Of a stretch of 64,000 nucleotides of DNA, positions 28,561 through 38,789 are shown one piece after another (position 1 is the first letter of the stretch; every line of letters begins with the position of its first letter). The notes under the pieces were generated by a model. The model was not told where the DNA came from, made no database searches, and was given only the letters and a program-made list of their open reading frames with translations. Source of the stretch: an uncultured Gammaproteobacteria bacterium (GTDB lineage Bacteria; Patescibacteriota; Patescibacteriia; Patescibacteriales; UBA12465). The position numbers were made by a program, and so were the translations under genes. The stretch is from the NCBI GenBank assembly GCA_964587195.1, contig CAZPKN010000001.1, positions 341 to 64,340 on the forward strand, read 5' to 3'.

Positions 28561-28644
28561 TGGGCGAAAGAGGATTTGAACCTCCACGGCCTCGCGGCCA
28601 CAAGCCCCTCAAGCTTGCGTGTCTACCAATTTCACCATCCGCCC
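28561..28644 (-). tRNA. tRNA-Leu (anticodon GAG), long variable arm
   Basis: Reverse complement GGGCGGATGGTGAAATTGGTAGACACGCAAGCTTGAGGGGCTTGTGGCCGCGAGGCCGTGGAGGTTCAAATCCTCTTTCGCCCA. Confidence 0.75.
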
Positions 28645-28661
28645 TAAAACGAAAAAGCCGT

Positions 28662-28988
28662 TTATTTAACGACCTTTTCCTTTAGCTTCTTCTTATAGCC
28701 GTCACGCAAGAAATATAATTTAGCCCGTTTCACTTTTGCCTCTTTCTTAATTTCAATCTTAGTAATTGTCGGCAAATTTAAAGGAAAAATCTTTTCAACA
28801 CCGATTCCTTCAGAAACCTTGCGAACAGTAATAGTCGCGCCGGTTTCTTTATTATGCTTGCGCGCGATAATCATTCCCTCAAAATACTGGACTCTTTCTT
28901 TTTCTTCTCCTTTAGAGTTCAATTCTTTGATTTTCTGATAAACCCTGACGGTTAATCCTGGTTTTAATTCCATTTTTGTTTCGACCAT
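28662..28988 (-). CDS. rplS: 50S ribosomal protein L19
   Basis: [13 protein letters not shown]...FEGMIIARK...[21 protein letters not shown]...KRAKLYFLR matches the L19 consensus. Confidence 0.85.
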   Translation of the reverse strand: MVETKMELKPGLTVRVYQKIKELNSKGEEKERVQYFEGMIIARKHNKETGATITVRKVSEGIGVEKIFPLNLPTITKIEIKKEAKVKRAKLYFLRDGYKKKLKEKVVK

Positions 28989-29072
28989 ATGGTTAAAAAT
29001 TACACGAACGAGCCTGGCTCGTTCAACTTGAAAACACTTATTTAATAAGCAAAATCTTGTCTAATATTATAA

Positions 29073-29642
29073 TTAATTTTTCCTATTGTCAAGCTCTTTC
29101 TGTACCGCCCCCCAAACAGCCGAAAAAACCTCATTTGGAGCCAATTTCGTTGTATCTAGATAGAAATCATAGTTTTCAGGCTGATAAATGTCTATATTAT
29201 AGTACTTTTGATAGCGAGTTGTATCGCTAAGCACACGGCTACGATTACTGTCTAAAACTTTTTCCCAACTATCAAGCCCTTTATCCTCATTCCTATCATT
29301 TTTAGACTGCAAGCTTTTAAAAATCCTTTTTGCCCCTTCCTCCTCATGAACATCCAGATATATCTTAAAAGAATGAGGAATAAAATACCAAGATGTCCGG
29401 CCCTCGATAACAAAATTGTCTTCTTTTTCCCCTAATTCTTTCTGATAAAGATCAACTTCTTGATCAGTTTGAATATCATTTTCGCCCAATTTATTATATT
29501 CAGCCAGCGTCATCCCGCGTTCTTTAGCCTTATCGCGCCGTAAACCGCCGATATAATACCGGGGATAATTTAATTTATCAGCTAACATTTGCGCAATAGT
29601 ACTTTTCCCTGAACCGGGGGCACCGCTTAAAGAAATTATCAT
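29073..29642 (-). CDS. cytidylate kinase-like / (d)NMP kinase family P-loop protein
   Basis: N-terminal IISLSGAPGSGKST P-loop. Size and layout resemble archaeal-type CMP kinase. Confidence 0.45.
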   Translation of the reverse strand: MIISLSGAPGSGKSTIAQMLADKLNYPRYYIGGLRRDKAKERGMTLAEYNKLGENDIQTDQEVDLYQKELGEKEDNFVIEGRTSWYFIPHSFKIYLDVHEEEGAKRIFKSLQSKNDRNEDKGLDSWEKVLDSNRSRVLSDTTRYQKYYNIDIYQPENYDFYLDTTKLAPNEVFSAVWGAVQKELDNRKN

Positions 29643-29727
29643 AAATTATTTGTCATTTTAATCTTTATCCTTTATCATTATTATATAGAAAAATTATCAA
29701 ATCTCCAAAAAGCTTATTTTAAGACTT

Positions 29728-32700
29728 ATGTATTTAGAAAGATTAGAAATCCAAGGCTTTAAATCCTTCGCCAACAAAAACAAGTTGGTTTTTTCGGGCC
29801 TAATCGGCGATGAAAAGCGTGGCTTAACTGCTATTGTCGGACCGAACGGTTCTGGGAAGTCTAATGTCGCCGATGCTATCCGCTGGGCTCTCGGCGAACA
29901 GAGCATGAAAACTATTCGCGGTAAAAAAAGTGAAGATGTTATTTTCTCCGGTTCCGATAAAAAAGGCCAGCTCGGTATGGCCGAAGTCTCTCTTTGTTTA
30001 AATAATTCCGAAGTCGCTAAAAATAAATTAACCGCTCCTGAAAAAATCGAAAAAGAAGAAGACTTAAACCAAATTATTTTAAGCTGCCCGGAAATCGTTA
30101 TTACTAGAAGAATTTATAGAAGCGGAGAAAGCGAATACTTACTAAATAATAGCCGCGTCCGTTTATCTGATATCCAGATGCTACTGGCTAAGGCAAACTT
30201 TGGCCAAAAGACTTACAGCGTTATCGGCCAAGGCATGGTTGAGAATTTTTTAAACACTTCCGCCGCTGAACGCAAAGATTTTTTTGATGAAGCGACCGGC
30301 GTTAAGCAATTCCAAATCAAACGCGATTCGGCTTTAAATAAACTTGAATCAAGTTACGAAAATCTCCAGCAAGTCGAAATGCTCTTAACTGAAATTAGGC
30401 CGCGTCTTAAAAGTTTAACTCGCCAAGTTGAAAAACTAAAAAAACGTGATGAAATATCTTCGCGCTTAAAAGCCTCTCAACTCGACTATTACGGCTACCT
30501 CTGGCAAGACATTAATAATAAATTGAATAAAGCGAACCTTGGCTTTTTGGACTTGGAAAAAGATAAAATTGAACAAGAAAAAAAATTAACTAAGATAAAC
30601 GACGAGTTAAATAAAATTCGCGCGACTAATAATTTCCAAGAAATAAATGAACTACAAGCGAGCTTAAAAATCCTAGAAGGCCAAAAGGGCCAGTTCCAAA
30701 AACAACTAGCGAAACTGCAGGCCGAACTAGAACTTCAATTAGAGGCGCAGGGCCAGTTTGATGTTTCTTGGCTTAACAATAAACAAAGTGAACTAGAGGC
30801 TGAAAGACAAAATACCGCTAGCGAGCTAGCTCGCCTTCAAGCCGGCAACAATACTAATGAAGAAGCGGCTCTTCAAGATGAGCTCCGCCAAGTTAATAAT
30901 GAAATCCAAAAAATTAAAAATACCCAAGCAGAAATTGCCGGATTAGAAACTGAAAAATCTTTCTACTTCAAACAAGTTTCAAAGTTAGAGGCGGTTTTAG
31001 AGGCTAATCTGGAAGCGCAGGGCCAATTTGATATTTCTTGGCTTAATAATAAACAGGAAGAACTATCTGGAGATTTAAGTCGTTTAAAAGAAGAGCTAAT
31101 AAAGCTGCGCCGTGAAAATAATAGAGACCAGGAAAATGCTCAGCGTGAGAAATTGTCGGCTATCCAAGAAGAATTGAATACTTTAAATCGTGATTTATCA
31201 AATCTTAACAATGAGCTCCGAAGTTCGAAAAAGTCCGCTGGCCAAAATGAAGAAATTAGCCGCCTCATCGACGATTTCTTAAAACAACTAGAAAACATCG
31301 AAAAAGAAAATGACTTAAATCGCGTTAAAATTTTACTAGCGGATGCTAAAAAAGATTTCCAAAAAAACATCTCCCAAGCCATTAGCGGCCTTGATGATGA
31401 GAAGTTAAACCGCATTAAAGAAATTCAAACGACTATCATTAATTTAAATGAAGAGAAGCAGCTAGTTCAAGAAAATTTAAACAACGAACGCCTCAGACTA
31501 TCAAGCGTTAGCGAACGCTTGCGCTTACTTGAAGAAAAAGAATCACAAATCAACCGAGAATTAATTGATATCCGCGCTAAACTAGAGAAGGCGCAAGTTA
31601 AATTCGATGCCGGAAAAATAGAGGCTGATAAAGAAAATTTACTTAAAAAAATCGCCTTACTAGAAAAAGATCAGGCTAATCTGCGCCTAAACTCCGACCT
31701 TGATCCTTCCCTGGAAAAGCGTCAGGCCATTCAAGACAAATTAAATGACTGTCGTTTAAAGGCCTCCGCTCTATCTGAAAGAAAACGCTTGCTGGAACAC
31801 GAACAAGCCGATTTAGATAGAGAAATAGCAGATATTAAAAATAAACTCACCAAAAGCCAAATGAAGTTCGATGCGAGCGGACTAGAAAAAGAAAAAACAG
31901 AAATAAATGAACGGATAAATTCAATTAACGAGGAGATAAAAAATCTAGAAGAAAAGCTCGCCTTGCTTTCAGCCGCTCAAGAACAGGAAAAAAGTCGTAT
32001 GTTCTCTTATCAACAATCTGCTCAAGAGATCCAGCAAAGCCTTAACTATTTACTCGAAGAATTAAACAGCTTGAAAGTTGAAGCGGCCCGCCAAGAAACT
32101 AAACTGGAAGATTTAGAAAATAATATCAGGAATGACGAACTAGAAATCGGCGAAGTTAAAAGCTATCAGACTGCTATTAATGAAGAGTCTCTCGGCCATC
32201 TGCAAAAAGCCATTCTAGGCGACAAAAATCAACTTGATCAAATCGGTGGCATCGATCCAGAAACTGAAAAAGAATTTGCAGAAACCAAAGAGCGTTATGA
32301 TTTCTTGAGCGGCCAAACCGAAGATCTTGATAAAACTATTAAATCCTTAGAAGAAGTTATTTACGAATTAGACACGACGATTAAAGAGCGCTTTGATAAA
32401 GAATTTAAATTAATCGCTGAAAAATTTGATGAGTATTTTAAGATACTCTTTAACGGCGGTTCAGCAAAAATTTCTAAAGTCATGTTAGAGGACTTAGAAA
32501 AAGACGATAATAAAAATAATGGAGCTGATGCGCAAGCCAACCAAACAACCGAAACTAATCTTAGCCCATCAGAAGTAGCGGCAAAAAATGCTAGTGAAGA
32601 AAAATTAAAACGCTTAAGATTCCTTAAAAAACATAACGCTGTCGGATTGGCCGGCATTGAAATACAGGCAATTCCTCCTGGCAAAAAAATTCAAGCAGTT

Positions 32701-33006
32701 TCAATGCTGTCTGGTGGCGAGCGTGCTTTAACGGCGATTGCCCTAATAAGTGCTATTATTAGCGCTAACCCCTCGCCATTTGTCGTTCTTGATGAAGTCG
32801 ACGCCGCTTTAGACGAAGCTAATTCCGAGCGTTTAGCGAAAATTCTCGACGATTTATCAAATAAAACTCAGTTTATCGTCATTACTCACAACCGCGCCTC
32901 CATGCGCCGCGCCAGTATTCTTTACGGCGTCACGATGGAAGAAAACGGCGTTAGTAAATTATTAAGCGTTAAGCTTGATGAAACCTTGGCTAATGCCAAA
33001 AGATAA
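29728..33006 (+). CDS. smc: SMC-family chromosome segregation ATPase (no obvious hinge recognisable)
   Basis: N-terminus FKSF...GPNGSGKSNVADAIRWALGEQS. C-terminus LSGGERALTAIAL...VLDEVDAALDEAN. About 900 aa of coiled coil between. Contains an internal duplication (LEAQGQFD[VI]SWLNNKQ). Confidence 0.7.
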   Translation: MYLERLEIQGFKSFANKNKLVFSGLIGDEKRGLTAIVGPNGSGKSNVADAIRWALGEQSMKTIRGKKSEDVIFSGSDKKGQLGMAEVSLCLNNSEVAKNKLTAPEKIEKEEDLNQIILSCPEIVITRRIYRSGESEYLLNNSRVRLSDIQMLLAKANFGQKTYSVIGQGMVENFLNTSAAERKDFFDEATGVKQFQIKRDSALNKLESSYENLQQVEMLLTEIRPRLKSLTRQVEKLKKRDEISSRLKASQLDYYGYLWQDINNKLNKANLGFLDLEKDKIEQEKKLTKINDELNKIRATNNFQEINELQASLKILEGQKGQFQKQLAKLQAELELQLEAQGQFDVSWLNNKQSELEAERQNTASELARLQAGNNTNEEAALQDELRQVNNEIQKIKNTQAEIAGLETEKSFYFKQVSKLEAVLEANLEAQGQFDISWLNNKQEELSGDLSRLKEELIKLRRENNRDQENAQREKLSAIQEELNTLNRDLSNLNNELRSSKKSAGQNEEISRLIDDFLKQLENIEKENDLNRVKILLADAKKDFQKNISQAISGLDDEKLNRIKEIQTTIINLNEEKQLVQENLNNERLRLSSVSERLRLLEEKESQINRELIDIRAKLEKAQVKFDAGKIEADKENLLKKIALLEKDQANLRLNSDLDPSLEKRQAIQDKLNDCRLKASALSERKRLLEHEQADLDREIADIKNKLTKSQMKFDASGLEKEKTEINERINSINEEIKNLEEKLALLSAAQEQEKSRMFSYQQSAQEIQQSLNYLLEELNSLKVEAARQETKLEDLENNIRNDELEIGEVKSYQTAINEESLGHLQKAILGDKNQLDQIGGIDPETEKEFAETKERYDFLSGQTEDLDKTIKSLEEVIYELDTTIKERFDKEFKLIAEKFDEYFKILFNGGSAKISKVMLEDLEKDDNKNNGADAQANQTTETNLSPSEVAAKNASEEKLKRLRFLKKHNAVGLAGIEIQAIPPGKKIQAVSMLSGGERALTAIALISAIISANPSPFVVLDEVDAALDEANSERLAKILDDLSNKTQFIVITHNRASMRRASILYGVTMEENGVSKLLSVKLDETLANAKR

Positions 33007-33099
33007 ATTATTGTTTATTTTTCGTTTATCTAAAATTTAAAGCCGGCTTGTTAAAATAAAATCACCTTAACTTCAGGTGATTTTATTTTTAATAATTTT

Positions 33100-34632
33100 A
33101 TGGCGATTAAAATTTTAGCGGCCGCTATTATCGGCCTAGAAGCGTCAATTATCGAAGTCGAAGCTGATTCGGGCGGCGGCGATTTCGGACAGATAAGCAT
33201 CGTTGGTTTACCGGACGCCTCCGTCTCGGAAGCGAAAGAGCGCGTTAAAAGCGCTCTAAGAAATTCCGGCTATGAATTCCCGCGGCGGAAAATAACAGTT
33301 AATCTCGCTCCCGCTAATATTAGAAAGCATGGCCCCGGTTATGATTTAGCAATCGCCATCAGCATTCTGGCTTTGAAAAACAATTTTAGCTGGGATTTTG
33401 AAAAATCTCTTTTAGCGGGCGAATTATCTTTAAGCGGCGAACTGAGACCGCTTAACGGTGTTTTAGCCATCGCTATCAAAATGAAAAAAGCCGGCTTAAA
33501 AGATTTATTTATTCCCCGCGGTAATATCCGAGAAGCGTCTTTAGTCGGCGGGTTAAATATTTTTCCGGTTGATAATTTAACCGAACTGGCTCGCCACTTT
33601 TCTGGCAAGGAACTCTTAAACCCTGTCTGTGAAAAATTAACTTTTCCGCCGTCTGTAAAAAATAATGATTTAAATGAATCTGATTTTGCTTTTATCAAGG
33701 GTCAAGAAAAAGCCAAGCGAGCTTTAGAAATCGCCATTGCTGGCGGCCACAATATTTTAATGGCCGGACCGCCTGGATCGGGTAAAACTTTATTAGCCCA
33801 AGCGGCCGCCGGCATACTGCCTGATTTATCCGAAGAAGAGACGTTAGAAATAACTAATATCTATAGTATCGCCGGTGAATTAAAGCCTGAAGCTCGTTTA
33901 ATAACTGAACGCCCCTTTCGCATGCCGCATCATAGCGCTTCAAATACTGCTTTAGTCGGCGGCGGCTCGTGGCCTAGACCAGGGGAAATATCCTTAGCCC
34001 ATCATGGTGTTTTATTTCTTGATGAATTTCCGGAATTTAGCCGCTTAGCTTTAGAAAACTTACGCCAACCGCTTGAAAACGGCCATATTACCATTAATCG
34101 CTCGGCCGGTTCCTTAAAATTTCCTTGCCGGTTTATTTTAATCGCCGCCATGAATCCCTGCCCTTGCGGTTATTATGGTGATAAAAAAGTCGCCTGCACC
34201 TGCCGAAGTAAACAAATCGCTGATTATCGCCGGAAAATTTCCGGCCCGATTATGGACAGAATCGATATCCATATTTCCGTTCCCCGCTTAGATTTTGATG
34301 CCCTGAGTAGTAATATCATCGGTGAAAATTCACAAATCGTAAAAGCCCGCTTAAGCGCCGCCAGACAGCGCCAATTAGAGCGTTTAAAAACGCCTGGGAA
34401 AATATTAAATAGCCGTTTATCAAGCCGTCTAATTGAAAAATATTGTTTTTTAGACGAAGAGTCAAAAAACATCCTAAAAGTAGCCTCTAGCCGCTTAAAT
34501 TTATCATCGCGCTCCTATTTTAAAGTTTTAAAAGTCGCCAGAACTATCGCTGATTTATCCGGCCAAGATCATGTTTCCGTCGAGCATATCGCCGAAGCTC
34601 TCCAATACCGACCACAATTACTAGACAGTTGA
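33100..34632 (+). CDS. comM: YifB/ComM-family Mg-chelatase-like AAA+ ATPase
   Basis: N-terminal Lon-like domain, Walker A MAGPPGSGKT, sensor motifs, C-terminal ChlI domain. Confidence 0.85.
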   Translation: MAIKILAAAIIGLEASIIEVEADSGGGDFGQISIVGLPDASVSEAKERVKSALRNSGYEFPRRKITVNLAPANIRKHGPGYDLAIAISILALKNNFSWDFEKSLLAGELSLSGELRPLNGVLAIAIKMKKAGLKDLFIPRGNIREASLVGGLNIFPVDNLTELARHFSGKELLNPVCEKLTFPPSVKNNDLNESDFAFIKGQEKAKRALEIAIAGGHNILMAGPPGSGKTLLAQAAAGILPDLSEEETLEITNIYSIAGELKPEARLITERPFRMPHHSASNTALVGGGSWPRPGEISLAHHGVLFLDEFPEFSRLALENLRQPLENGHITINRSAGSLKFPCRFILIAAMNPCPCGYYGDKKVACTCRSKQIADYRRKISGPIMDRIDIHISVPRLDFDALSSNIIGENSQIVKARLSAARQRQLERLKTPGKILNSRLSSRLIEKYCFLDEESKNILKVASSRLNLSSRSYFKVLKVARTIADLSGQDHVSVEHIAEALQYRPQLLDS

Positions 34633-34693
34633 TTTTAAGTTGGAAAAGGTCTGGCTTTTTGCTATAATAAAAGAAATGATAACCACTAAAAAT

Positions 34694-36061
34694 ATGACTA
34701 AAAAAGCTATTACTTTATTTTTGCTCGCGACTTTTATCCTGGGCTCCGGTTTCGGCTGCAAGACGGGCGACAAAAAAACTCAAGAAGCTTTAAAGCCGGT
34801 TACTCTGACTTACTGGCGAGTCTTTGACGGCCCAGACGCTTTTTCAGAAATTATCCAAAAGTATAACGCTCTTCATCCTAATATTACTATTAACTACCGC
34901 AAGCTTCGTTATGAAGAATACGAAAGCGAGCTTTTAAATGCTTTAGCTGAAGACAGAGGGCCGGATATTTTTTCTATTCATAATACTTGGATGAAAAAAT
35001 ATGAATCAAAATTAGCCCCTCTGCCTAAAACTATTACCCTTGCCTACCAAGTTACCCAGGGAACGATTAAAAAAGAAGTTGTTCAGAAACTACAAACAAC
35101 GAATAGCTTGACTACTAGAGAGCTGCGCGATAACTTCGTCGATGTAGTTAGCTCTGATGTTATCTTAAGCGACGGCCAGATTTACGGCTTGCCTCTCTCG
35201 GTTGATACTTTAGCAATGTATTATAATAAAGATTTATTTAATCAAGCCGGCATCAGTGATATCCCTAGCTACTGGAATAATGACTTTGTTCAAACTGTGA
35301 AAAAAATAACTCTCCAGAATGCCCAGAAAGAATTAGTCCAATCGGGCGTCGCTTTAGGCGGCGGCAAAAACATCAACCGCGCCAGCGACATATTATCAGT
35401 TTTAATGCTGCAGAGCGGAGCGACTATAATGAATGAGCGGGGACAAGTTCTCTTTAATGTTCCTAATAATAACGCCTATACCCCCGGGCTTGACGCCTTG
35501 CGTTTTTATGCCGATTTTTCCGACCCAGCAAAAGAATCATATTCTTGGAACAATACTCTGCCCAATTCTTTAGAGATGTTTATGAACGGTACCTTAGGAA
35601 TCATGTTTAGCTATTCTTATGACTTGCCGACTATCAAGGCTCAAGCCCCAAAGCTTAATTTTTCCGTCGCTAAGCTCCCTCAAATCGAAGGCAATCCGCC
35701 GACCAATATTAATTTTGCTAATTATTGGATAGAGGTTGTTTCTAAAAAAAGCGCCTATACTAATGAGGCTTGGGACTTCGTCCAATTTATGACAAAAGCT
35801 GAGAACGTCCAAAGCTACTTAAACAAAAGCAAAAAGCCGACTGCTTTACGGGCCTTAGTTGCTGAACAAAAAAAGCATGAAGAAATCGGAGTCTTTGCTG
35901 ATCAAGTGCTAACTGCTAAAAGCTGGTATCGCGGCAAAAATTCTTTGGCCGCTGAAGAAGCGATGATAGAGATGATTTCTGCGGCTAATTCCGTCCCGAC
36001 TGATAAATTGAAGGATGTCGCTGGTATCGGGGCTGCTAAAATTCAACAAACGGTCTACTAA
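34694..36061 (+). CDS. extracellular solute-binding lipoprotein (ABC transporter SBP family 1-like)
   Basis: Lipoprotein signal LLATFILGSGFGC. SBP_bac_1-like length and composition. Start set at MTKKAIT. No permease genes adjacent. Confidence 0.55.
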   Translation: MTKKAITLFLLATFILGSGFGCKTGDKKTQEALKPVTLTYWRVFDGPDAFSEIIQKYNALHPNITINYRKLRYEEYESELLNALAEDRGPDIFSIHNTWMKKYESKLAPLPKTITLAYQVTQGTIKKEVVQKLQTTNSLTTRELRDNFVDVVSSDVILSDGQIYGLPLSVDTLAMYYNKDLFNQAGISDIPSYWNNDFVQTVKKITLQNAQKELVQSGVALGGGKNINRASDILSVLMLQSGATIMNERGQVLFNVPNNNAYTPGLDALRFYADFSDPAKESYSWNNTLPNSLEMFMNGTLGIMFSYSYDLPTIKAQAPKLNFSVAKLPQIEGNPPTNINFANYWIEVVSKKSAYTNEAWDFVQFMTKAENVQSYLNKSKKPTALRALVAEQKKHEEIGVFADQVLTAKSWYRGKNSLAAEEAMIEMISAANSVPTDKLKDVAGIGAAKIQQTVY

Positions 36062-36072
36062 TAATTATTTAT

Positions 36073-36753
36073 ATGAGAAAAAAAATCTTTGCTTTTAGCC
36101 TTTGTTTAATTATCTTTTTAGCAGTTCTAATCATCCCGACCATATCAAGCGCCCAAAGCTCAATCATTGCTTCTTCTAGCGAAAAATATGAATACGGGCA
36201 ATACGGCCTTAATGACATGTTAAGTATAGCGACTTGGGCGGCCAAATGGATACTGGGAATAGTCGGCTCGCTAACTCTTTTAATGTTTGTCTATGGCGGC
36301 TTTATCTTATTAACTTCGGCTGGTAGTAATGAAAAGGTCGGAGAAGCAAAAAAAATAATTACCGCGGCGGTAATCGGTTTAATTATTGTTTTCAGTAGCG
36401 CCATGATAATTAGGTTTGTTTCTACTTCGCTCGGATTAAGTTGGTCCGGAGAAAAATTAGAAACGGCCTCTAGCCAAAATACAGGAGGAGTAATAAAAGC
36501 AACTGACTCAACTTGCGCAAATTATAAATTATCTAGCGGAGAAACAGCGGGATCATCAGGATTTAGTTGCGTTGAATCAAGCAGTGCTGGCTATTGTCTT
36601 AACGGGCTCTGCCCAAGTTATGGCAGCAGCATAAAATGCTGCGCGCCAAAATGTGAGACCAAGCATCCTGGATGGACATGTACTACCGATACCGACGGAA
36701 AAACTTGTGTCGATTATCTATGTAAAGGGGCGGGGAAATGTTGCAAAAAATAA
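36073..36753 (+). CDS. TrbC/VirB2-like pilin-family protein with Cys-rich C-terminal extension
   Basis: Signal peptide, then a conserved two-helix core (GSLTLLMFVYGGFILLTSAGSNEKVGEAKKIITAAVIGLIIVF) shared with the 40.5-43.1 kb paralogs. C-terminal ~90 aa contain about 16 Cys. Confidence 0.5.
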   Translation: MRKKIFAFSLCLIIFLAVLIIPTISSAQSSIIASSSEKYEYGQYGLNDMLSIATWAAKWILGIVGSLTLLMFVYGGFILLTSAGSNEKVGEAKKIITAAVIGLIIVFSSAMIIRFVSTSLGLSWSGEKLETASSQNTGGVIKATDSTCANYKLSSGETAGSSGFSCVESSSAGYCLNGLCPSYGSSIKCCAPKCETKHPGWTCTTDTDGKTCVDYLCKGAGKCCKK

Positions 36754-36756
36754 ATT

Positions 36757-37413
36757 ATGGCGGCCTTTATTCCTAAAAAAATTATCAATGAGATAAGTTG
36801 TGGAGAGAAACTGCGAGCGGCTCGTCTGGCAAAAAACTGGGAATTAGCCGATATCGCTAAACATTTATCTATCAAAGAAGAATACTTAACTGCCCTTGAA
36901 GAGAACCGCTTTGAACGTTTGCCGGCGGGATTATACGGAAAAAATTTTATCAAGAAATATGCGCGCCTACTGCGGTTAGATTGTCGAGAACTCTTAACTG
37001 ACTGGGAGAATCAACTAGGCAACGAAATTGACGACCCGTTCTCTCGAAAAATTATCAATCGCCGCCAATTTATCGTCTTCCCTAAATTAGTGAGAAATAC
37101 TTTGATAATTTTAGCCGTCGCTGTTTGTTTTCTTTATCTGATTTTCTATTTCCGCAACATTATTCTGCCCCCGGAAATGACAATTCATTATCCAGAAACT
37201 AATTTGTCTTTAAACGCTACTAAGCTAACTATCTCCGGAACAACCGAGGCCGAAGCGGAAGTACGCATTAATGGCGAGATTGTTTTAAATAACGACCAGG
37301 GAAACTTTGAGCAGACTGTTAATTTAAAAAAGGGCCTAAATAATATTATTATCCGGGCGAAAAAAAAATATAGCCAAGAACAAATTATCACCCGCCAAAT
37401 TTTAGTCGAATAA
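36757..37413 (+). CDS. RodZ-like helix-turn-helix membrane protein
   Basis: N-terminal HTH (GEKLRAARLAKNWELADIAKHLSIKEEYLTALEEN), one TM helix, C-terminal beta-rich domain. Confidence 0.5.
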   Translation: MAAFIPKKIINEISCGEKLRAARLAKNWELADIAKHLSIKEEYLTALEENRFERLPAGLYGKNFIKKYARLLRLDCRELLTDWENQLGNEIDDPFSRKIINRRQFIVFPKLVRNTLIILAVAVCFLYLIFYFRNIILPPEMTIHYPETNLSLNATKLTISGTTEAEAEVRINGEIVLNNDQGNFEQTVNLKKGLNNIIIRAKKKYSQEQIITRQILVE

Positions 37414-37423
37414 TCTAAAAAAT

Positions 37424-37975
37424 ATGCCTACTATTAAAAATTCCTTCTTATTTGACATTGAGAAAATTATCGGTAAAATGAAAATATCCGAGGGCCAGGT
37501 AGTAGCCGAACTGGGTTGTGGCAACTTTGGCTTCTTTGTTTGGCCGCTAGCTAAATTCGCTGGCAGGCGTGGGACGGTCTATGCCGTCGATATCTTAAAA
37601 AATAGCCTAGATGAAATAAAGCGCAAGGCCTTAAAAGATAACTTTCCGCAAGTTAAACCTGTTTGGAGTAATTTAGAGATTTTTAAAGGAACAAAGATCG
37701 AAACTAATAGTTTAGACGCCGCCTTACTCATTAATGTCTTACATCAATCCGAAAAAAAAGCTGATATTTTAAGAGAGGCGCTAAGGATGTTAAAGCGCGG
37801 CGGACAACTGATGATTGTCGAGTGGGGAAATAGCGACTCGCCGCTCGGACCAGAACCAGCCAAACGCGTTCGTCTAGAATCCTTAAAACGCGCCGCTGAA
37901 AAATTAGGGCTTGATTTAAAAGAAGAATTTTTAGCCGGACCCTATCATTACGGAATTATTTTAATTAAATTATAA
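37424..37975 (+). CDS. class I SAM-dependent methyltransferase
   Basis: Motif I VAELGCGNFGF and a methyltransferase-fold spacing. Confidence 0.6.
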   Translation: MPTIKNSFLFDIEKIIGKMKISEGQVVAELGCGNFGFFVWPLAKFAGRRGTVYAVDILKNSLDEIKRKALKDNFPQVKPVWSNLEIFKGTKIETNSLDAALLINVLHQSEKKADILREALRMLKRGGQLMIVEWGNSDSPLGPEPAKRVRLESLKRAAEKLGLDLKEEFLAGPYHYGIILIKL

Positions 37976-37979
37976 AACT

Positions 37980-38363
37980 ATGCGACACCTTTTAGACTTG
38001 AACTACTGGTTCAATCTGCGCCCGGAAACGCTCAGTAGCGTCGGACAAGCCCTGTTTATTATTTTACTGGCCATCTTTTTAGTGACCATTATTGTAATCT
38101 TTATCGCCAAGAAAAAAATGGGGATATACCGAGGATTTTTTAAGAGAATATCTGACTTCTGTGTCGGCAACTTAATCATCGGCGGGACGCTCCTCTTTTT
38201 TAACTATGAGATTATCCCCTTCTTCTCGGCTCGTTTCTGGCTAGCGATTTGGGCCATCGTTATGATTGTCTGGAAATATTTTATTTTAAAGACGCTCAAG
38301 AAAATAAAGTTAGATAGAAACGATAAAGGAAAAGAAGACCAGTTTAAAAAATATCTTCCCTAA
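37980..38363 (+). CDS. small membrane protein
   Basis: 3 TM helices. Terminator follows at 38386-38416. Confidence 0.35.
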   Translation: MRHLLDLNYWFNLRPETLSSVGQALFIILLAIFLVTIIVIFIAKKKMGIYRGFFKRISDFCVGNLIIGGTLLFFNYEIIPFFSARFWLAIWAIVMIVWKYFILKTLKKIKLDRNDKGKEDQFKKYLP

Positions 38364-38385
38364 ACATTTTTAAAATATTTTTAAC

Positions 38386-38416
38386 AAAAAAACCTCTCGG
38401 CTCGAGAGGTTTTTAT
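38386..38416 (+). terminator. rho-independent terminator
   Basis: aaaaaacctctcggctcgagaggttttt. Confidence 0.6.
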
Positions 38417-38422
38417 AAAAAT

Positions 38423-38782
38423 ATGAATTACCGAAAATCACTTGGCGCACGAGGAGAAAATTTAGTCAAAGCATATCTACTAAAAAATGGCCAAACTTTC
38501 ATTACTCAAAACTACCGCTGCGGCCGGCAAGAAATCGACCTAATTTTTAAAGACGGCCCCTGGTTAGTTTTTATAGAAGTTAAAACCCGTCAAAAAACCG
38601 GGGTAGTCGAAACCGAGGGGACTCTAAAACCTAGACAAGCCCAGCAGCTCGGCCGTGCCCTAACGGCTTACTGTTTAAAAGTCGGACACAATCTGGAAAA
38701 GGCTCGGCTTGATTTAGTTATCGTATCTGTTGATAAGAAAAAAGTGACCGCTGACTTAGTTTTCTATAAAAATGTTTTATAA
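38423..38782 (+). CDS. YraN-family (UPF0102) endonuclease
   Basis: ARGENLVKAYL...QNYRCGRQEIDLIF...LVFIEVKTR: the YraN motif set. Confidence 0.7.
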   Translation: MNYRKSLGARGENLVKAYLLKNGQTFITQNYRCGRQEIDLIFKDGPWLVFIEVKTRQKTGVVETEGTLKPRQAQQLGRALTAYCLKVGHNLEKARLDLVIVSVDKKKVTADLVFYKNVL

Positions 38783-38789
38783 TATTTAT

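Noticed and set aside
29728-33006. Calling the SMC-like gene a RecN or SbcC instead
   Set aside because: Head motifs (FKSF...GPNGSGKSN and LSGGE...DEVDAALD) and the length fit SMC best. The call is kept as smc, with the missing hinge flagged as a finding.
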